38,238 bases of DNA from Candidatus Velthaea sp. (GCA_050012475.1 JBEKHC010000044.1:1-38238), one strand, 5' to 3'. Shown: positions 26,850-37,364, counted from the first letter of the stretch. Numbers and translations: made by a program. Notes: generated by a model not told the origin, from the sequence alone.

Positions 26850-28285
26850 TGCAGCTGACGGCCCAACTCGTCGCCTCGCTCGACGCGGCGCGCGTCGTCG
26901 GGGCGCTGCCGCCGTCGGTTGACACGCTCGAGACCGATTCGCGCGCGGTGCGCCCGGGCAGCCTGTTCGTCGCGCTGCGCGGTGCGCACGTCGACGCGCA
27001 CGGGTTCGTGCCTGCCGCGCTCGCGAGCGGCGCGGCGGCGGTCGTGGTCGAGCGTGAACTCGCCGTCGACGGACCGCAAATCATCGTGCCCGACACCCGG
27101 GCGGCGATCTCGCGCTTAGCCGACGTTTTTTTCGAGCACCCGTCGCAAGCATTACGGATTGTGGGGGTGACCGGAACCAACGGCAAGACGACGACGGTGC
27201 ATTTGATCGAAGCGATCTGCGCGGCGGCCGGCTCGCCGTGCGCGATCGTGGGCACGCTGGGCGCCACGTTCGCCGGCCGCTCCTGGCCGCTGGGCAACAC
27301 CACGCCGCCCGCGCTCGAACTGCACGCCCTGCTCGCCACGCTCCGCGACGCCGGCGCCGCCGCCGTGGCGATGGAAGTCAGCTCGCACGCGCTGGCACTC
27401 GGCCGCGTCGACGACGTCCGTTTCGCGGTCGCAGCGTTCACCAATCTGACCCGAGATCATCTCGATTTTCACGGCAGCCTGGCCGAATACGCCGGCGTGA
27501 AGCGGCGGCTGCTGGCGATGGCGCCCGCGAGCGCCATCAACGTCGACGATCCGGTCGGGGCGGGCTTCGCGCGCGATTTTCCCCACGCCCTGACCTACGC
27601 GATCGATGCCCCGGCGCGCGTGCGCGCCCAAGACGTACGGCTCGAAGCGGATGGCAGCCGGTTTCGGGTCGACGGCGCGGCGGTGGCCTTGCCGCTGCGC
27701 GGCCGGTTTAACGTGTACAACGCCTTGGCGGCGTTCGCGGCGGCGCGCGCCTTGGGCATTCCCGATGCCACCATCGTGCGTGCGCTGTCCACAGCGGGCG
27801 CGGTCCCCGGCCGGATGGAACGGATCGCGGCGCTGGGGATCGAGGCGATCGTCGACTACGCGCACACCCCGGATGCGCTCGAAAACGTGCTGCGCGCCGC
27901 CCGCGAATCGACGCGCGGCAAGCTGACCGTCGTGTTCGGCTGCGGCGGCGACCGCGACGCGGGCAAGCGCGCGCCGATGGGCGAGATCGCCGCGCGGCTG
28001 GCCGACCGCGCGATCGTCACGTCGGACAACCCGCGTTCGGAAGACCCGGCGGTGATCGCGCGCGCGGTCGCGGGGCCCGGCACGGCGGAGATCGTGCTCG
28101 ACCGGCGCACCGCGATCCGGCGCGCGATCGCCGAGGCGGCTGCAGGCGACACGGTGGTGGTGGCGGGGAAAGGCCATGAAACGTATCAGATCGTGGGCGA
28201 CCGGGTGCTGGCGTTCGACGATCGCGAGGAGGTGCGCGCGGCCTTCACCGCCCGGGAGCGTGCGCAGGAGCGGGTGATCGGATGA
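26846..28285 (+). CDS. murE: UDP-MurNAc-Ala-Glu--meso-DAP ligase
   Basis: GVTGTNGKTT, MEVSSH, DYAHTPD; DNPR motif indicates meso-DAP specificity. Confidence 0.97.
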   Translation: MMQLTAQLVASLDAARVVGALPPSVDTLETDSRAVRPGSLFVALRGAHVDAHGFVPAALASGAAAVVVERELAVDGPQIIVPDTRAAISRLADVFFEHPSQALRIVGVTGTNGKTTTVHLIEAICAAAGSPCAIVGTLGATFAGRSWPLGNTTPPALELHALLATLRDAGAAAVAMEVSSHALALGRVDDVRFAVAAFTNLTRDHLDFHGSLAEYAGVKRRLLAMAPASAINVDDPVGAGFARDFPHALTYAIDAPARVRAQDVRLEADGSRFRVDGAAVALPLRGRFNVYNALAAFAAARALGIPDATIVRALSTAGAVPGRMERIAALGIEAIVDYAHTPDALENVLRAARESTRGKLTVVFGCGGDRDAGKRAPMGEIAARLADRAIVTSDNPRSEDPAVIARAVAGPGTAEIVLDRRTAIRRAIAEAAAGDTVVVAGKGHETYQIVGDRVLAFDDREEVRAAFTARERAQERVIG

Positions 28286-29679
28286 CGATCGATACGCTCG
28301 CGGCGATCGAAGCTCTGGGCGCGCGGACCGTCGAAGCCTCCCTGCTTCCGGCGCGGCTCGCGGTCGGCACCGACACTCGCAGCGTTGCCGCCGGGTCGAC
28401 CTTTCTCGCGCTGCGCGGCGACCGCTTCGACGGCCACGCCTTCGTCGCCGAGGCGTTCGCGCGCGGCGCGGCGGCATGCATCGTCGCCGATCCGGCGAGC
28501 GTACCCCCCGGCGCTCCGGCGCTGGTCGTCGCCGACACGCTGCGCGCGTATCTGCAGCTGGCCGAACTCGCGCGCCGCGCGCTGCGCGGCCCGGTGATCG
28601 CGATCTCGGGCAGCGCCGGGAAGACGACGACCAAGTCGTATCTCACGGCACTGCTGACGGCGGCCGGTCGCGCGGTTGCGGCGACGCCCGAAAACGAAAA
28701 CAACGAGATCGGGGTGAGCAAATTTCTGCTCGGGCTCGAACCCGGCGACCCGCGCATCGCGGTGGTCGAAATGGGCGCGCGCAAAGAAGGCGACATCGAC
28801 GTGCTCGTCGCGGCCGCCCGGCCGCAGATCGCGGTTCTGACCAACATAGGCGAAGCGCACCTCGAGATCATGGGCACGCCGGAGCGGCTCGCGCACACGA
28901 AGTGGGGGCTGTTTCGCGGCGGCGCGCGCGCCGTGCTCAATCTTGCCGACGCTGCCTCGCGGGCGCGCGCCGCGACCTTGGCAGAAACGCCGGTGTGGTT
29001 CGGCTTGGGCGACGAAGCGGCGCCGGCGGGTGAGCCGGCGATCGTGATCCGCGATGCGCGCACGCTCGTCGTGAGCGACGCTGGCGGCCGGCGCGAGATC
29101 GCGATCGACGCGCGGGTACCGGGGGACCACAACCGGCGCAATCTCGCCGCCGCCCTCGCCGCGGCGTCCGTGGCGGGCGTTCGGCCCGAGGCGCTCGTGC
29201 CATCCATTCCACACCTCACCCAGCCATCCAAACGGTACGAGATCATCGAGCTGGCCGGCGGTCAGCGGCTGATCTTCGACGCTTACAACGCCTCGATGAG
29301 CGGAACGCTCGCGACCTTGGACGCCTTCGCGCGGGAAGCCGCTCAGCGGCGCATCGCGGTGCTGGGCAGCATGGCCGAATTGGGCGCCGATGCGCCGCTG
29401 ATGCACCAGCGCGTCGGCGCGGCTGCGGCGGGGGCGAGCGAGATCGTGCTGGCCGGCGGCGATTTCGCCGCCGACATCGTGCGCGGCGCGACCGCCGCCG
29501 GCGCCGCCGGCGCGCGCGTTCTCACCTACGCGGGGAACGCGGCCGCGGTCGACTGGCTGCGCGCGAACGCGCGCCCCGGCGACGCGATCCTGCTCAAGGG
29601 CTCGCGCAAGTACAAGATGGAGGAGATCGCCGACGCGTTGCGCGGCGAGCCCGGCGCGCCAGGAACGAACGCGCGGTGA
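28282..29679 (+). CDS. murF: UDP-MurNAc-tripeptide--D-Ala-D-Ala ligase
   Basis: GSAGKTTTK, NNEIG, EMG, DAYNAS, MAELG, LKGSR. Confidence 0.96.
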   Translation: MTIDTLAAIEALGARTVEASLLPARLAVGTDTRSVAAGSTFLALRGDRFDGHAFVAEAFARGAAACIVADPASVPPGAPALVVADTLRAYLQLAELARRALRGPVIAISGSAGKTTTKSYLTALLTAAGRAVAATPENENNEIGVSKFLLGLEPGDPRIAVVEMGARKEGDIDVLVAAARPQIAVLTNIGEAHLEIMGTPERLAHTKWGLFRGGARAVLNLADAASRARAATLAETPVWFGLGDEAAPAGEPAIVIRDARTLVVSDAGGRREIAIDARVPGDHNRRNLAAALAAASVAGVRPEALVPSIPHLTQPSKRYEIIELAGGQRLIFDAYNASMSGTLATLDAFAREAAQRRIAVLGSMAELGADAPLMHQRVGAAAAGASEIVLAGGDFAADIVRGATAAGAAGARVLTYAGNAAAVDWLRANARPGDAILLKGSRKYKMEEIADALRGEPGAPGTNAR

Positions 29680-30374
29680 TCCCGCAGCTCGTCCACGAAA
29701 CCGGCCTGCCCGACGGGCTCGTCGCCATTCCGATTCGGACCCGGTTGGTCGAGCCCGGCGACGACGTCGGCGCACTCGTCGCGCAGGCGGTCGGCGGAAT
29801 CGCGCGCCCCGGCGACGTGATCGTGATCGCCGAGACTGCCGTCGCGATTGCGCAGCGCCGTTTCGTCGCCGCCGAATTCGTCCGGCCGACGCGTTTGGCG
29901 TATGCGCTTGCCCGGCGAGCGGGCGCCCTGGCGACGGTCAATCAGCCCGAGTCGCTGCAGCTGGTGATCGACCAAGTCGGAATCCGGCGGGTCGTCCTCG
30001 CCGCGATCGCACACGTGCTGGGGCGCTTGCGCGGCAAACGCGGGGTTTTCTACGAACGGCTGGGCGAGGCGATCGCGGCGATCGACGGCTATACCGGAAC
30101 GTTGCCTCCCTACGAGCGGGCGATCGTCTTCGGCCCGGCCGATCCGGATGGCGCGTGCGCGGAATTGCAGGCCCGCCTGGGGTACGGGTTCGCGATCGTC
30201 GATGCCAACGATCTGCGGCGGGCCAAAGCGCTGGGGATCTCGCCCGGCCTGCGGCGCGAGAACGTCGAGCGCGCCCTGCTGGCCAATCCGCACGGCAACG
30301 GCGACGAACAGACGCCGCTCGTCGTCCTCACCTGGCGCGGCGCCGGGCCCAATCCGCTGCGGGCGGCCGCGTGA
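29676..30374 (+). CDS. CofE-like (F420-0:gamma-glutamyl ligase superfamily) protein
   Basis: 'IPIRTRLVEPGDD', 'GDVIVIAETAVAIAQRR', 'IVDANDL', 'NPHGNGDEQTP' fit the CofE-like family; GTGA overlaps with both neighbours. Confidence 0.8.
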   Translation: MIPQLVHETGLPDGLVAIPIRTRLVEPGDDVGALVAQAVGGIARPGDVIVIAETAVAIAQRRFVAAEFVRPTRLAYALARRAGALATVNQPESLQLVIDQVGIRRVVLAAIAHVLGRLRGKRGVFYERLGEAIAAIDGYTGTLPPYERAIVFGPADPDGACAELQARLGYGFAIVDANDLRRAKALGISPGLRRENVERALLANPHGNGDEQTPLVVLTWRGAGPNPLRAAA

Positions 30375-31312
30375 AGAAACTCGCCCTGGCCGGCGCCCTC
30401 GCCTTCGGACTGACCGTCGCGGCGGGGAAGCCGCTCATCGCCTGGTTGGGCCGCGAGAAATATCGTCAGCGCGCCTACGAGGACGCGCCGCAAACCCATC
30501 AAGCGAAAACCGGAACGCCGACAATGGGCGGCCTGCTGTTCGTCACGGCGCCCGCGGTCGCGCTCGCGCTGGCGCCGAGTCCGGCCACGCTTTCGTTCGC
30601 CGTGCTGATGGGCGGCATGGCGGCGATCGGCTTCGTCGACGATCTGGCGGCGATTCGCAAGGCACGCAATCGCGGGCTGCGCGCGCGGACGAAATTCGGG
30701 CTGACGGCGCTCGTCGGCGCGGCGTTTCTGGCACTGACGGCCAAGGGTTCCCGGCCAGGGACGCTCCTGCTCGGCCCCGGCCGGACGCCGGGGTGGGTCT
30801 GGTATCCGCTCTCGCTGGCCGCCATTTTGGGTACGACCCACGCGGTCAACTTGACCGACGGCCTCGACGGCCTGGCTGGGGGAACGGTGCTGCCGCCGCT
30901 GGCCGTCTTGACCGTTCTGGCGCTGCGCGCCGGGCAGAACGACGCGGCGGTGTTCGACGTCGCGACCGCTGGTGCCGTCCTTGGTTTTCTCGTGTATAAC
31001 CGTCATCCGGCCAAGGTCTTCATGGGGGACACCGGGTCGTTGGCGTTGGGGGGCGCGCTCGCGGGCGGAGCGATCGTCATCGGCGCGCAACTGCTCCTGC
31101 CGCTCATCGGCGGGGTTTTTGCCGCCGAGGCCTTGTCGGTCATCATGCAAGTCGCATCGTTCAAACTCACCAAACGGCGGATCTTTCGAATGAGCCCACT
31201 CCACCATCACTTCGAGCTCGGCGGCTGGCCGGAAACCCGCGTCACGTCGCGCTTTTGGCTGGCATCCGCCGCCCTGTCGGGGCTCGGCTTGGCCTTGGCG
31301 GCACGGACGTGA
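30371..31312 (+). CDS. mraY: Phospho-MurNAc-pentapeptide transferase
   Basis: KTGTPTMGG, GFVDD, VNLTDGLDGL, FMGDTGSL, PLHHHFEL. Confidence 0.97.
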   Translation: MKKLALAGALAFGLTVAAGKPLIAWLGREKYRQRAYEDAPQTHQAKTGTPTMGGLLFVTAPAVALALAPSPATLSFAVLMGGMAAIGFVDDLAAIRKARNRGLRARTKFGLTALVGAAFLALTAKGSRPGTLLLGPGRTPGWVWYPLSLAAILGTTHAVNLTDGLDGLAGGTVLPPLAVLTVLALRAGQNDAAVFDVATAGAVLGFLVYNRHPAKVFMGDTGSLALGGALAGGAIVIGAQLLLPLIGGVFAAEALSVIMQVASFKLTKRRIFRMSPLHHHFELGGWPETRVTSRFWLASAALSGLGLALAART

Positions 31313-32709
31313 ACCCGCCGATCAAGAGCGGTCTGTTCGACCGCAACGAGCGCGTGCTGGTGATCGGGGTCGGCCGCAGCGGACGGGCGTCGATCGCCGT
31401 CCTGCAGCCGCGGGTCGCCGCGATGTACGCCACCGACGAAGCGCCCGGCATCGATGCGGCCGCGCTGGGTGTGCCGTTCGTCGCGCCTGCCGCCTTGGGC
31501 GACGTGCTGCCCAACGTCACCGCCGCCGTGTTGTCACCGGGGATTCCGCTCAACGGCGAACTCGTGCGGCGCATTCAGACCGCGGGCGTCCCGGTATTCA
31601 GCGAAGTCGAAGTCGCGTATCGGATCTGCAGCGCGCCGATCGTCGCGGTGACCGGGACGAAAGGCAAGTCGACGACGGCGGCGCTGCTCGGTGAAATCTT
31701 CCGCCAGGCCGGCAAAACGACGTACGTCGGCGGAAACATCGGCAACGCGCTCATCGCCGAAACCGCGCTCGCCGGCGCCGACGATTGGGTGATCGCCGAA
31801 GTGTCGTCGTTTCAGCTCGAATCGATCCGCTCGTTCAAACCGCGCATCGCGCTGATCAATAATATCTCGCCCGACCATCTCGACCGCTATTTTTCGATGG
31901 ACGAATACGCCGAAGCGAAGTTCCGCATCTTCGCCAATCAGGGTCCGGGCGACACGTTCGTCGGCAATCTCGACGACGAGCGGATTGCCGCGCTCGCCGG
32001 CGAGGACGCGAACCGCATCAAGGCCCGCGCGCTCTGGTTCGCGGGCGAACCGCACCGCAATACCACGCTCTACGTGCGCGGCGAGCAGACGATCGTGTAC
32101 GCGCCGCCGACCGGCGATCCGCGCCCGGTCGAGATCATGCGCGTCGACGAGATTCCGCTGCAGGGCAAACACAACGTGGAAAACGTGCTCGGCGCGATTC
32201 TCGTGGGCTTGGCGGCCGGTCTCGACCGCGAAGCCGTGGCGGCCGCGGTGCGCGCGTTCAAGCCGTTGGGCCACCGGCTCCAAGTTGTCGCCGAACGCGA
32301 GGGCGTCACCTACATCGACGATTCGAAGGCGACCAATCCCGGTTCGGTGATCGCGGCGCTGCGTTCGTTCGACCGGCCGATCGTGCTCATCGCGGGCGGC
32401 AAGGCGAAGGGAACCGAGTTCGCGGACCTTGGCCGGGTCGCGTCGTCGCGCACCAAGGCCGTGGTGGTGATCGGCGAAGCGGCCGAAGCCATCGCCAAAA
32501 CGATCAAGCGCGCCGCCGTGCATCGGGCGGGTTCGATGGATGAAGCCGTGGCGATCGCCGCGTCGGTCGCGACCGCCGGCGACATCGTGCTGCTCTCGCC
32601 GGGCTGCGCTTCGTTCGACATGTTCGCGTCGGCCGAGGATCGCGGAAACCGCTTCGCGGCGGCGGTCACGGCTTTGGGAGGTGCGCAGATGACGCCCAAT
32701 GCTCGGTAG
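31309..32709 (+). CDS. murD: UDP-MurNAc-Ala--D-glutamate ligase
   Basis: SPGIP, TGTKGKST, GGNIG, EVSSFQL, DDSKATN, LLSPGCASFD. Confidence 0.97.
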   Translation: MNPPIKSGLFDRNERVLVIGVGRSGRASIAVLQPRVAAMYATDEAPGIDAAALGVPFVAPAALGDVLPNVTAAVLSPGIPLNGELVRRIQTAGVPVFSEVEVAYRICSAPIVAVTGTKGKSTTAALLGEIFRQAGKTTYVGGNIGNALIAETALAGADDWVIAEVSSFQLESIRSFKPRIALINNISPDHLDRYFSMDEYAEAKFRIFANQGPGDTFVGNLDDERIAALAGEDANRIKARALWFAGEPHRNTTLYVRGEQTIVYAPPTGDPRPVEIMRVDEIPLQGKHNVENVLGAILVGLAAGLDREAVAAAVRAFKPLGHRLQVVAEREGVTYIDDSKATNPGSVIAALRSFDRPIVLIAGGKAKGTEFADLGRVASSRTKAVVVIGEAAEAIAKTIKRAAVHRAGSMDEAVAIAASVATAGDIVLLSPGCASFDMFASAEDRGNRFAAAVTALGGAQMTPNAR

Positions 32710-33883
32710 TACGCGCGCACCGGCGCGCGACCGCGCGCCGTCGGGCCGCGGCCCGCTGGCGACGCCCGTTTCCCGCCGCCTGGCTCCGGCCGACAGCGTG
32801 CTCTTCGCCGCGGTTGCAGCGCTCGTTGCGATCGGCCTCATCATGGTCTACAGCGCGTCGAGCGCGACCGCGTACGCGAATTTTCACGATACCGCGCATT
32901 ACCTCAAACGTCAGCTGCTGTGGCTGCTCGTGGCGCTGGTGTGCGCGTACTTCGCCTATCGCATCGATTACCGCAAATTGCGCTCGGTTGCGCCGTTCGG
33001 TTTGGGCGTGGCGTTCATCTTGCTCATCGCGGTACTCATTCCGCACGTCGGTCAGAGCTCGGGCGGTTCGCGCCGCTGGCTGGGCACCCAGGCGTTGAGT
33101 TTCGAGCCGTCGGAATTTGCCAAACTCGCGCTGGTCGTCTTCCTCGCCGCGAAGCTTTCGACGATGGGTGAGCGGCTGCGCTCGCTCGTGCGCGGCGTCG
33201 TGCCGTGCTTGTTCGTTACGTGTGCACTGGCCGTGCCGATCTTGCTCGAGCCCGATATGGGCACCGCGAGCCTGCTGGTGTTCGCTGCGTTCGGCATGCT
33301 GTTCTGCGCTGGGGCGCGGCTCGAGCATCTTGCCCTGTGCTCGCTTTCGATGCTGCCCGTCGTGCTCTTGGCAATCGGCTCGTCGGCGTACAAACGCGCG
33401 CGCATCTTTGCGTTTTTAGATCCCTGGAAAGATCCGCAGAACACCGGCTTCCACATCATCCAATCGTTGCTCGCACTGGGCAGCGGCGGATTGGCGGGCG
33501 TGGGGTTGGGTGCCTCGCGCCAGAAGTTCTTCTATCTGCCCGAGCAATACACCGATTTCATCTTCGCGATTCTGGGCGAGGAATTGGGCTTGCTCGGTGC
33601 GCTGGGCGTCGTCGCGCTATTCCTGGTCTTCGCGTTTCGCGCCGTGCGCATCGCGCTTGCCGCTCCCGACCGGTTCGGGATGTTGCTGGCCTTGGGCTGC
33701 ACGCTCGTGATCGTGATTCAAGCGTTCGTCAACATCGGCGTCGTCACGTCGTCGTGGCCGGTGACCGGCGTTCCGTTGCCGTTCGTCTCCTTCGGCGGCA
33801 CGTCGCTGGTGGTGTCGCTCGTCGCCGTGGGGCTGATCATCAACGTCGGCCGGCATCGGCATGCGAACGCATCGTCATTTTGA
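32699..33883 (+). CDS. ftsW: SEDS peptidoglycan polymerase FtsW
   Basis: MVYSAS, RRW, EPSEFAK, PEQYTDFIF, PVTGVPLPFVSFGG. Confidence 0.96.
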   Translation: MLGSTRAPARDRAPSGRGPLATPVSRRLAPADSVLFAAVAALVAIGLIMVYSASSATAYANFHDTAHYLKRQLLWLLVALVCAYFAYRIDYRKLRSVAPFGLGVAFILLIAVLIPHVGQSSGGSRRWLGTQALSFEPSEFAKLALVVFLAAKLSTMGERLRSLVRGVVPCLFVTCALAVPILLEPDMGTASLLVFAAFGMLFCAGARLEHLALCSLSMLPVVLLAIGSSAYKRARIFAFLDPWKDPQNTGFHIIQSLLALGSGGLAGVGLGASRQKFFYLPEQYTDFIFAILGEELGLLGALGVVALFLVFAFRAVRIALAAPDRFGMLLALGCTLVIVIQAFVNIGVVTSSWPVTGVPLPFVSFGGTSLVVSLVAVGLIINVGRHRHANASSF

Positions 33884-35040
33884 GTTTACGCGTTGCGTTC
33901 ACCGGCGGCGGCACGGGCGGTCACATCTATCCAGCGCTGGGCATCGATGATGCGCTGCGGGCGGCGGTCGCGCCGGAGGCCTACGAGCGCCGCTTCTTCG
34001 GCAGCCGCCGCGGCCTCGAAGCCAAGCTGGTCACGACGATGGCGCTCGACTTCATTCCCAGCGCCCCGCTGCAGCGGCGGCTGTCGCCCGATACGCTGCG
34101 CACGTTGGGCCGCAACATCGGCGGCGTCGCGGTCGCGCTGGGCGCGCTGCTCGCCTACCGGCCCACGCTCGTCATCGCCACCGGCGGCTACGTCTGTTTT
34201 CCCGTGGTCGTTGCCGCGCGCATGCTGCGCCTCGCACGGCTGCTCGACGCACGGATCGCCCTGCTCGAGATCAACGCGGTCCCGGGGTTGACGAACCGGC
34301 TTCTGGGCCCGCTCGTGGACGAGGTCTGGACGTCGTACGCCGCTTCGGGTCGCTTCTTCGGGAAGAAGGCACGCCTCACCGGACCGCCGGTCCGCACGTC
34401 AATCGCCAACCGCCTTCCGCCCACGGCAGCCCGTACGGCGCTCGGGCTCGATCCCGAGCGCACGACCATCGTGGTCATGGGCGGCTCGCAGGGCGCGCGT
34501 TCGATCAACAACGCCGTCACCGATTGGGTGACGTCGCGCCCGCTGCCGCCGGATTGGCAGATTCTGCACGTCAGCGGCGAACGCGATTTCGCGGCGCTGA
34601 CGGAGCGCCAGGCGCAGCTTGCGGCGGGCAACCTCGTTCGGCTCGTGCCATATCTGGACGATCCCGGGCCGGCCTATTTCGCGGCCGACGTCGCGGTCAC
34701 GCGCAGCGGGGCATCCACGCTGGCCGAGCTGGCCGTGACGGGGACCCCGGCAGTCCTGGTGCCCTTTCCACACGCATCCGAAGACCATCAGTCGGCGAAC
34801 GCCCAAGCCTTTGCCGCCGGCGGCGCAGCCCTCGTCCTGCGCGATGCCGAGTTGGACGCGCAATCGCTCGTTGCAGCACTGCAGAAGTGCCTGGAACCCG
34901 ATCGCTTGGCGTGCATGCGAGCAGCCGCTGCGCTTCTTTCACCGGACAGGGGGGCCGCGAAAATCGTGGAGCGCATCACCGCATTGGCGGGGCCGCGGGT
35001 GGCTCATTCCGCGGGCCCGAACGAGTTGGCCCGTGACTGA
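33880..35040 (+). CDS. murG: Lipid II GlcNAc transferase
   Basis: GGGTGGHIYP, GGY, GGSQGA, RSGASTLAE, DHQ; TTGA overlap with ftsW. Confidence 0.96.
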   Translation: MSLRVAFTGGGTGGHIYPALGIDDALRAAVAPEAYERRFFGSRRGLEAKLVTTMALDFIPSAPLQRRLSPDTLRTLGRNIGGVAVALGALLAYRPTLVIATGGYVCFPVVVAARMLRLARLLDARIALLEINAVPGLTNRLLGPLVDEVWTSYAASGRFFGKKARLTGPPVRTSIANRLPPTAARTALGLDPERTTIVVMGGSQGARSINNAVTDWVTSRPLPPDWQILHVSGERDFAALTERQAQLAAGNLVRLVPYLDDPGPAYFAADVAVTRSGASTLAELAVTGTPAVLVPFPHASEDHQSANAQAFAAGGAALVLRDAELDAQSLVAALQKCLEPDRLACMRAAAALLSPDRGAAKIVERITALAGPRVAHSAGPNELARD

Positions 35041-36430
35041 GGAAGCGACGGCGAACACGGCAAGGGCCTACCATTTGGTAGGCATCGGCGGAATCGGAAT
35101 GAGCGCGATCGCGCGGCTGCTCCTGCGGCGCGGAATGGTCGTCAGCGGATCCGACGAACGCTCGAGCCCGCTGCTCGACAGCCTGCAGCACGAAGGCGCG
35201 TCGGTCGCGATCGGCCACCGGGCCTCCAATGTCGGTGCGGTCGACGTTATGGTCGTGTCCAGCGCGATTCGGCCCGAGAATCCCGAATACACCGAAGCGC
35301 AGCGGCGCAACATCCCGATCGTTCTGCGCGGCGAGATGCTGGCCCGGATCATCGGCACGACCCCCACGATCGCGATCGCCGGCACGCACGGCAAGACCAC
35401 CACCACCGCGATGGCCGCTTCGATCTTCGAGGCGGCGGGACTCGATCCGACCGTCGCCGTCGGCGGCCAGCGGGTCGATTCGGCGTCCAACGCTCGCAGC
35501 GGTTCGGGTGATTGGTTCATCACCGAGGCCGACGAGAGCGACGGGTCCTTTCTCCGGCTCTCGCCGGCGATCGCGATCGTCACCAACATCGAAAACGACC
35601 ACATCGGCAGCGACGCCGAGCTTCCGCGGCTCGTCGAATCGTTTGCGACGTTCTTGGCCAGGCTGCCGCCGCACGGGACGGCGGTGATCGGAGTCGACAA
35701 TCCGCGCAGTGCCGCACTGGCGGAGCGGATCGGGGCACGGGTCTCGACGTTCGCGACCGGCCGGCCCGCCGACGTTCAGGCGACGGGCATCGATTTCGCG
35801 GCGCTCGGCTCGCGCTTTACCGTCGTCGAGCGGGGCCGGGTGCTGGGCGAGATCACGCTGGGCGTGCCGGGCGTCATCAACATCCAAAATGCGCTGGCGG
35901 CGATCGGCGCGGCACGCGCCGCCGACATTCCGTTCGCGACCATCGCCGGCGCGCTGGCGGGTTTTCACGGGGTGCGGCGCCGGTTCGAGATCGTCGGGCG
36001 CTGCGCGGCATTGACCGTCGTCGACGACTACGCGCATCATCCGACGGCTGTGGCGCAAACCATCGCAGCTGCGCGGCAGGTCTGCAGCGGTTCGCTCGTC
36101 GTCGCGTTTCAGCCGCACCGCTACACGCGCACGGCGTATCTCGCCGCCGACTTCGCGCGCGCGCTGCGCGGCGCCGACCAGGTCTTTCTCACGCCGGTCT
36201 ACGCTGCCGCAGAAGCGCCGCTGGCGGGCGTGAGCGAACGCCTCATCGGCGAGCCGCTGAGAGCCGCAGGCACACCCGTCACGTACGCTGCCGTCGACGC
36301 GCTCGAGCCGCTCATCCGCGCGTCGGCGCCGCCCGGTGCGCTCGTGCTGATGCTCGGCGCCGGTTCGATCTCGGCGGCCGCGCATCGTTTCGGCGCCGCG
36401 ATCGACACTGCGCCCGTCGCCGCGCGTTAA
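35033..36430 (+). CDS. murC: UDP-MurNAc--L-alanine ligase
   Basis: GIGGIGMS, GTHGKTTTT, EADESDGSF, DDYAHHP, FQPHRY. Confidence 0.97.
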   Translation: MTEEATANTARAYHLVGIGGIGMSAIARLLLRRGMVVSGSDERSSPLLDSLQHEGASVAIGHRASNVGAVDVMVVSSAIRPENPEYTEAQRRNIPIVLRGEMLARIIGTTPTIAIAGTHGKTTTTAMAASIFEAAGLDPTVAVGGQRVDSASNARSGSGDWFITEADESDGSFLRLSPAIAIVTNIENDHIGSDAELPRLVESFATFLARLPPHGTAVIGVDNPRSAALAERIGARVSTFATGRPADVQATGIDFAALGSRFTVVERGRVLGEITLGVPGVINIQNALAAIGAARAADIPFATIAGALAGFHGVRRRFEIVGRCAALTVVDDYAHHPTAVAQTIAAARQVCSGSLVVAFQPHRYTRTAYLAADFARALRGADQVFLTPVYAAAEAPLAGVSERLIGEPLRAAGTPVTYAAVDALEPLIRASAPPGALVLMLGAGSISAAAHRFGAAIDTAPVAAR

Positions 36431-36431
36431 C

Positions 36432-37364
36432 GTGCCGCCGACGAGTCTGCTGACGGCGGACGACCGCGCCGTGTTGAGCGAGCGTTTCGGGATGCGGGTG
36501 GCATTCGATGCACCGCTCGCGCCGTTCACCTGGTGGCGCATCGGCGGTCCGGCCGACGCGCTCGTGCAAGTCGATTCCAGTGCCGATACCGCGTTCATCT
36601 TGCGGCATTGTTTCAAGCGGCGGCTGCCGTGGTTCGTCATCGGCTTGGGTTCGAACATCCTCGTCGGCGACGGTGGAATTCGCGGGCTCGTGCTGCGCTT
36701 GGGCGGCAACTTCGGCGAACTCGACGTCGACGAAGACGGCTCGTCGGTGATCGTGCGCGCCGGCGCGGCGGCGCAGATGGCGCTGTTGACCGCGCAGGCC
36801 GCGTCCAAGGGCGCCGTCGGCGTGGATTCGCTGGCCGGCATCCCGGGCAGCGTCGGCGGCGCGCTGTACATGAACGCCGGCACCGATCGGGAGTTCGGCG
36901 AGTTCGTGCGCGAGGTGTGGGTGCACACGCCCACCAAGCCCGAGGCCCATCCCGTCGGCGTCCAGTACTACTATCGTCACACGACGCTCTCGCGCGATGC
37001 GATCGTGGCGCGAGTCACGCTGGCATTCGAACGCGGCGACCCGGCGGCGGTGCGCGCGCGCATGCAGGAGCGTTTGGTCCGGCGCAAACAAACGCAGCCG
37101 ATCGGACTGCCCAATGCCGGCTCGTGCTTTCGCAATCCGGGCGGCGCGAAGGCCGGCGTGCTGATCGAATCGATCGGTGCGAAAGGCTGGCGCGTCGGCG
37201 GGGCCGAGGTATCAGCCCTGCACGCAAATTTCATCGTGAACATCGCGAACGCCAGCGCGGGCGATGTAACGACGCTGCTGGCGCGCGTTCGCCGCGCGGT
37301 GCGCGATGCGTGCGGCGTCGATCTGCAGTTGGAGGTCCATCTGGTCGGCGAGTTCACCGCATGA
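36432..37364 (+). CDS. murB: UDP-N-acetylenolpyruvoylglucosamine reductase
   Basis: IGGPAD, GSNILV, GIPGSVGGALYMNAG, AGSCFRNP, HANFIVN. Confidence 0.97.
   Translation: MPPTSLLTADDRAVLSERFGMRVAFDAPLAPFTWWRIGGPADALVQVDSSADTAFILRHCFKRRLPWFVIGLGSNILVGDGGIRGLVLRLGGNFGELDVDEDGSSVIVRAGAAAQMALLTAQAASKGAVGVDSLAGIPGSVGGALYMNAGTDREFGEFVREVWVHTPTKPEAHPVGVQYYYRHTTLSRDAIVARVTLAFERGDPAAVRARMQERLVRRKQTQPIGLPNAGSCFRNPGGAKAGVLIESIGAKGWRVGGAEVSALHANFIVNIANASAGDVTTLLARVRRAVRDACGVDLQLEVHLVGEFTA

Noticed and set aside
1202..36937. Long antisense ORFs (e.g. 1202-3598, 6983-8422, 16029-17615, 22952-24490, 24711-26840, 34976-36937)
   Set aside because: Arg-rich, motif-free shadows of real genes, as expected in high-GC DNA.
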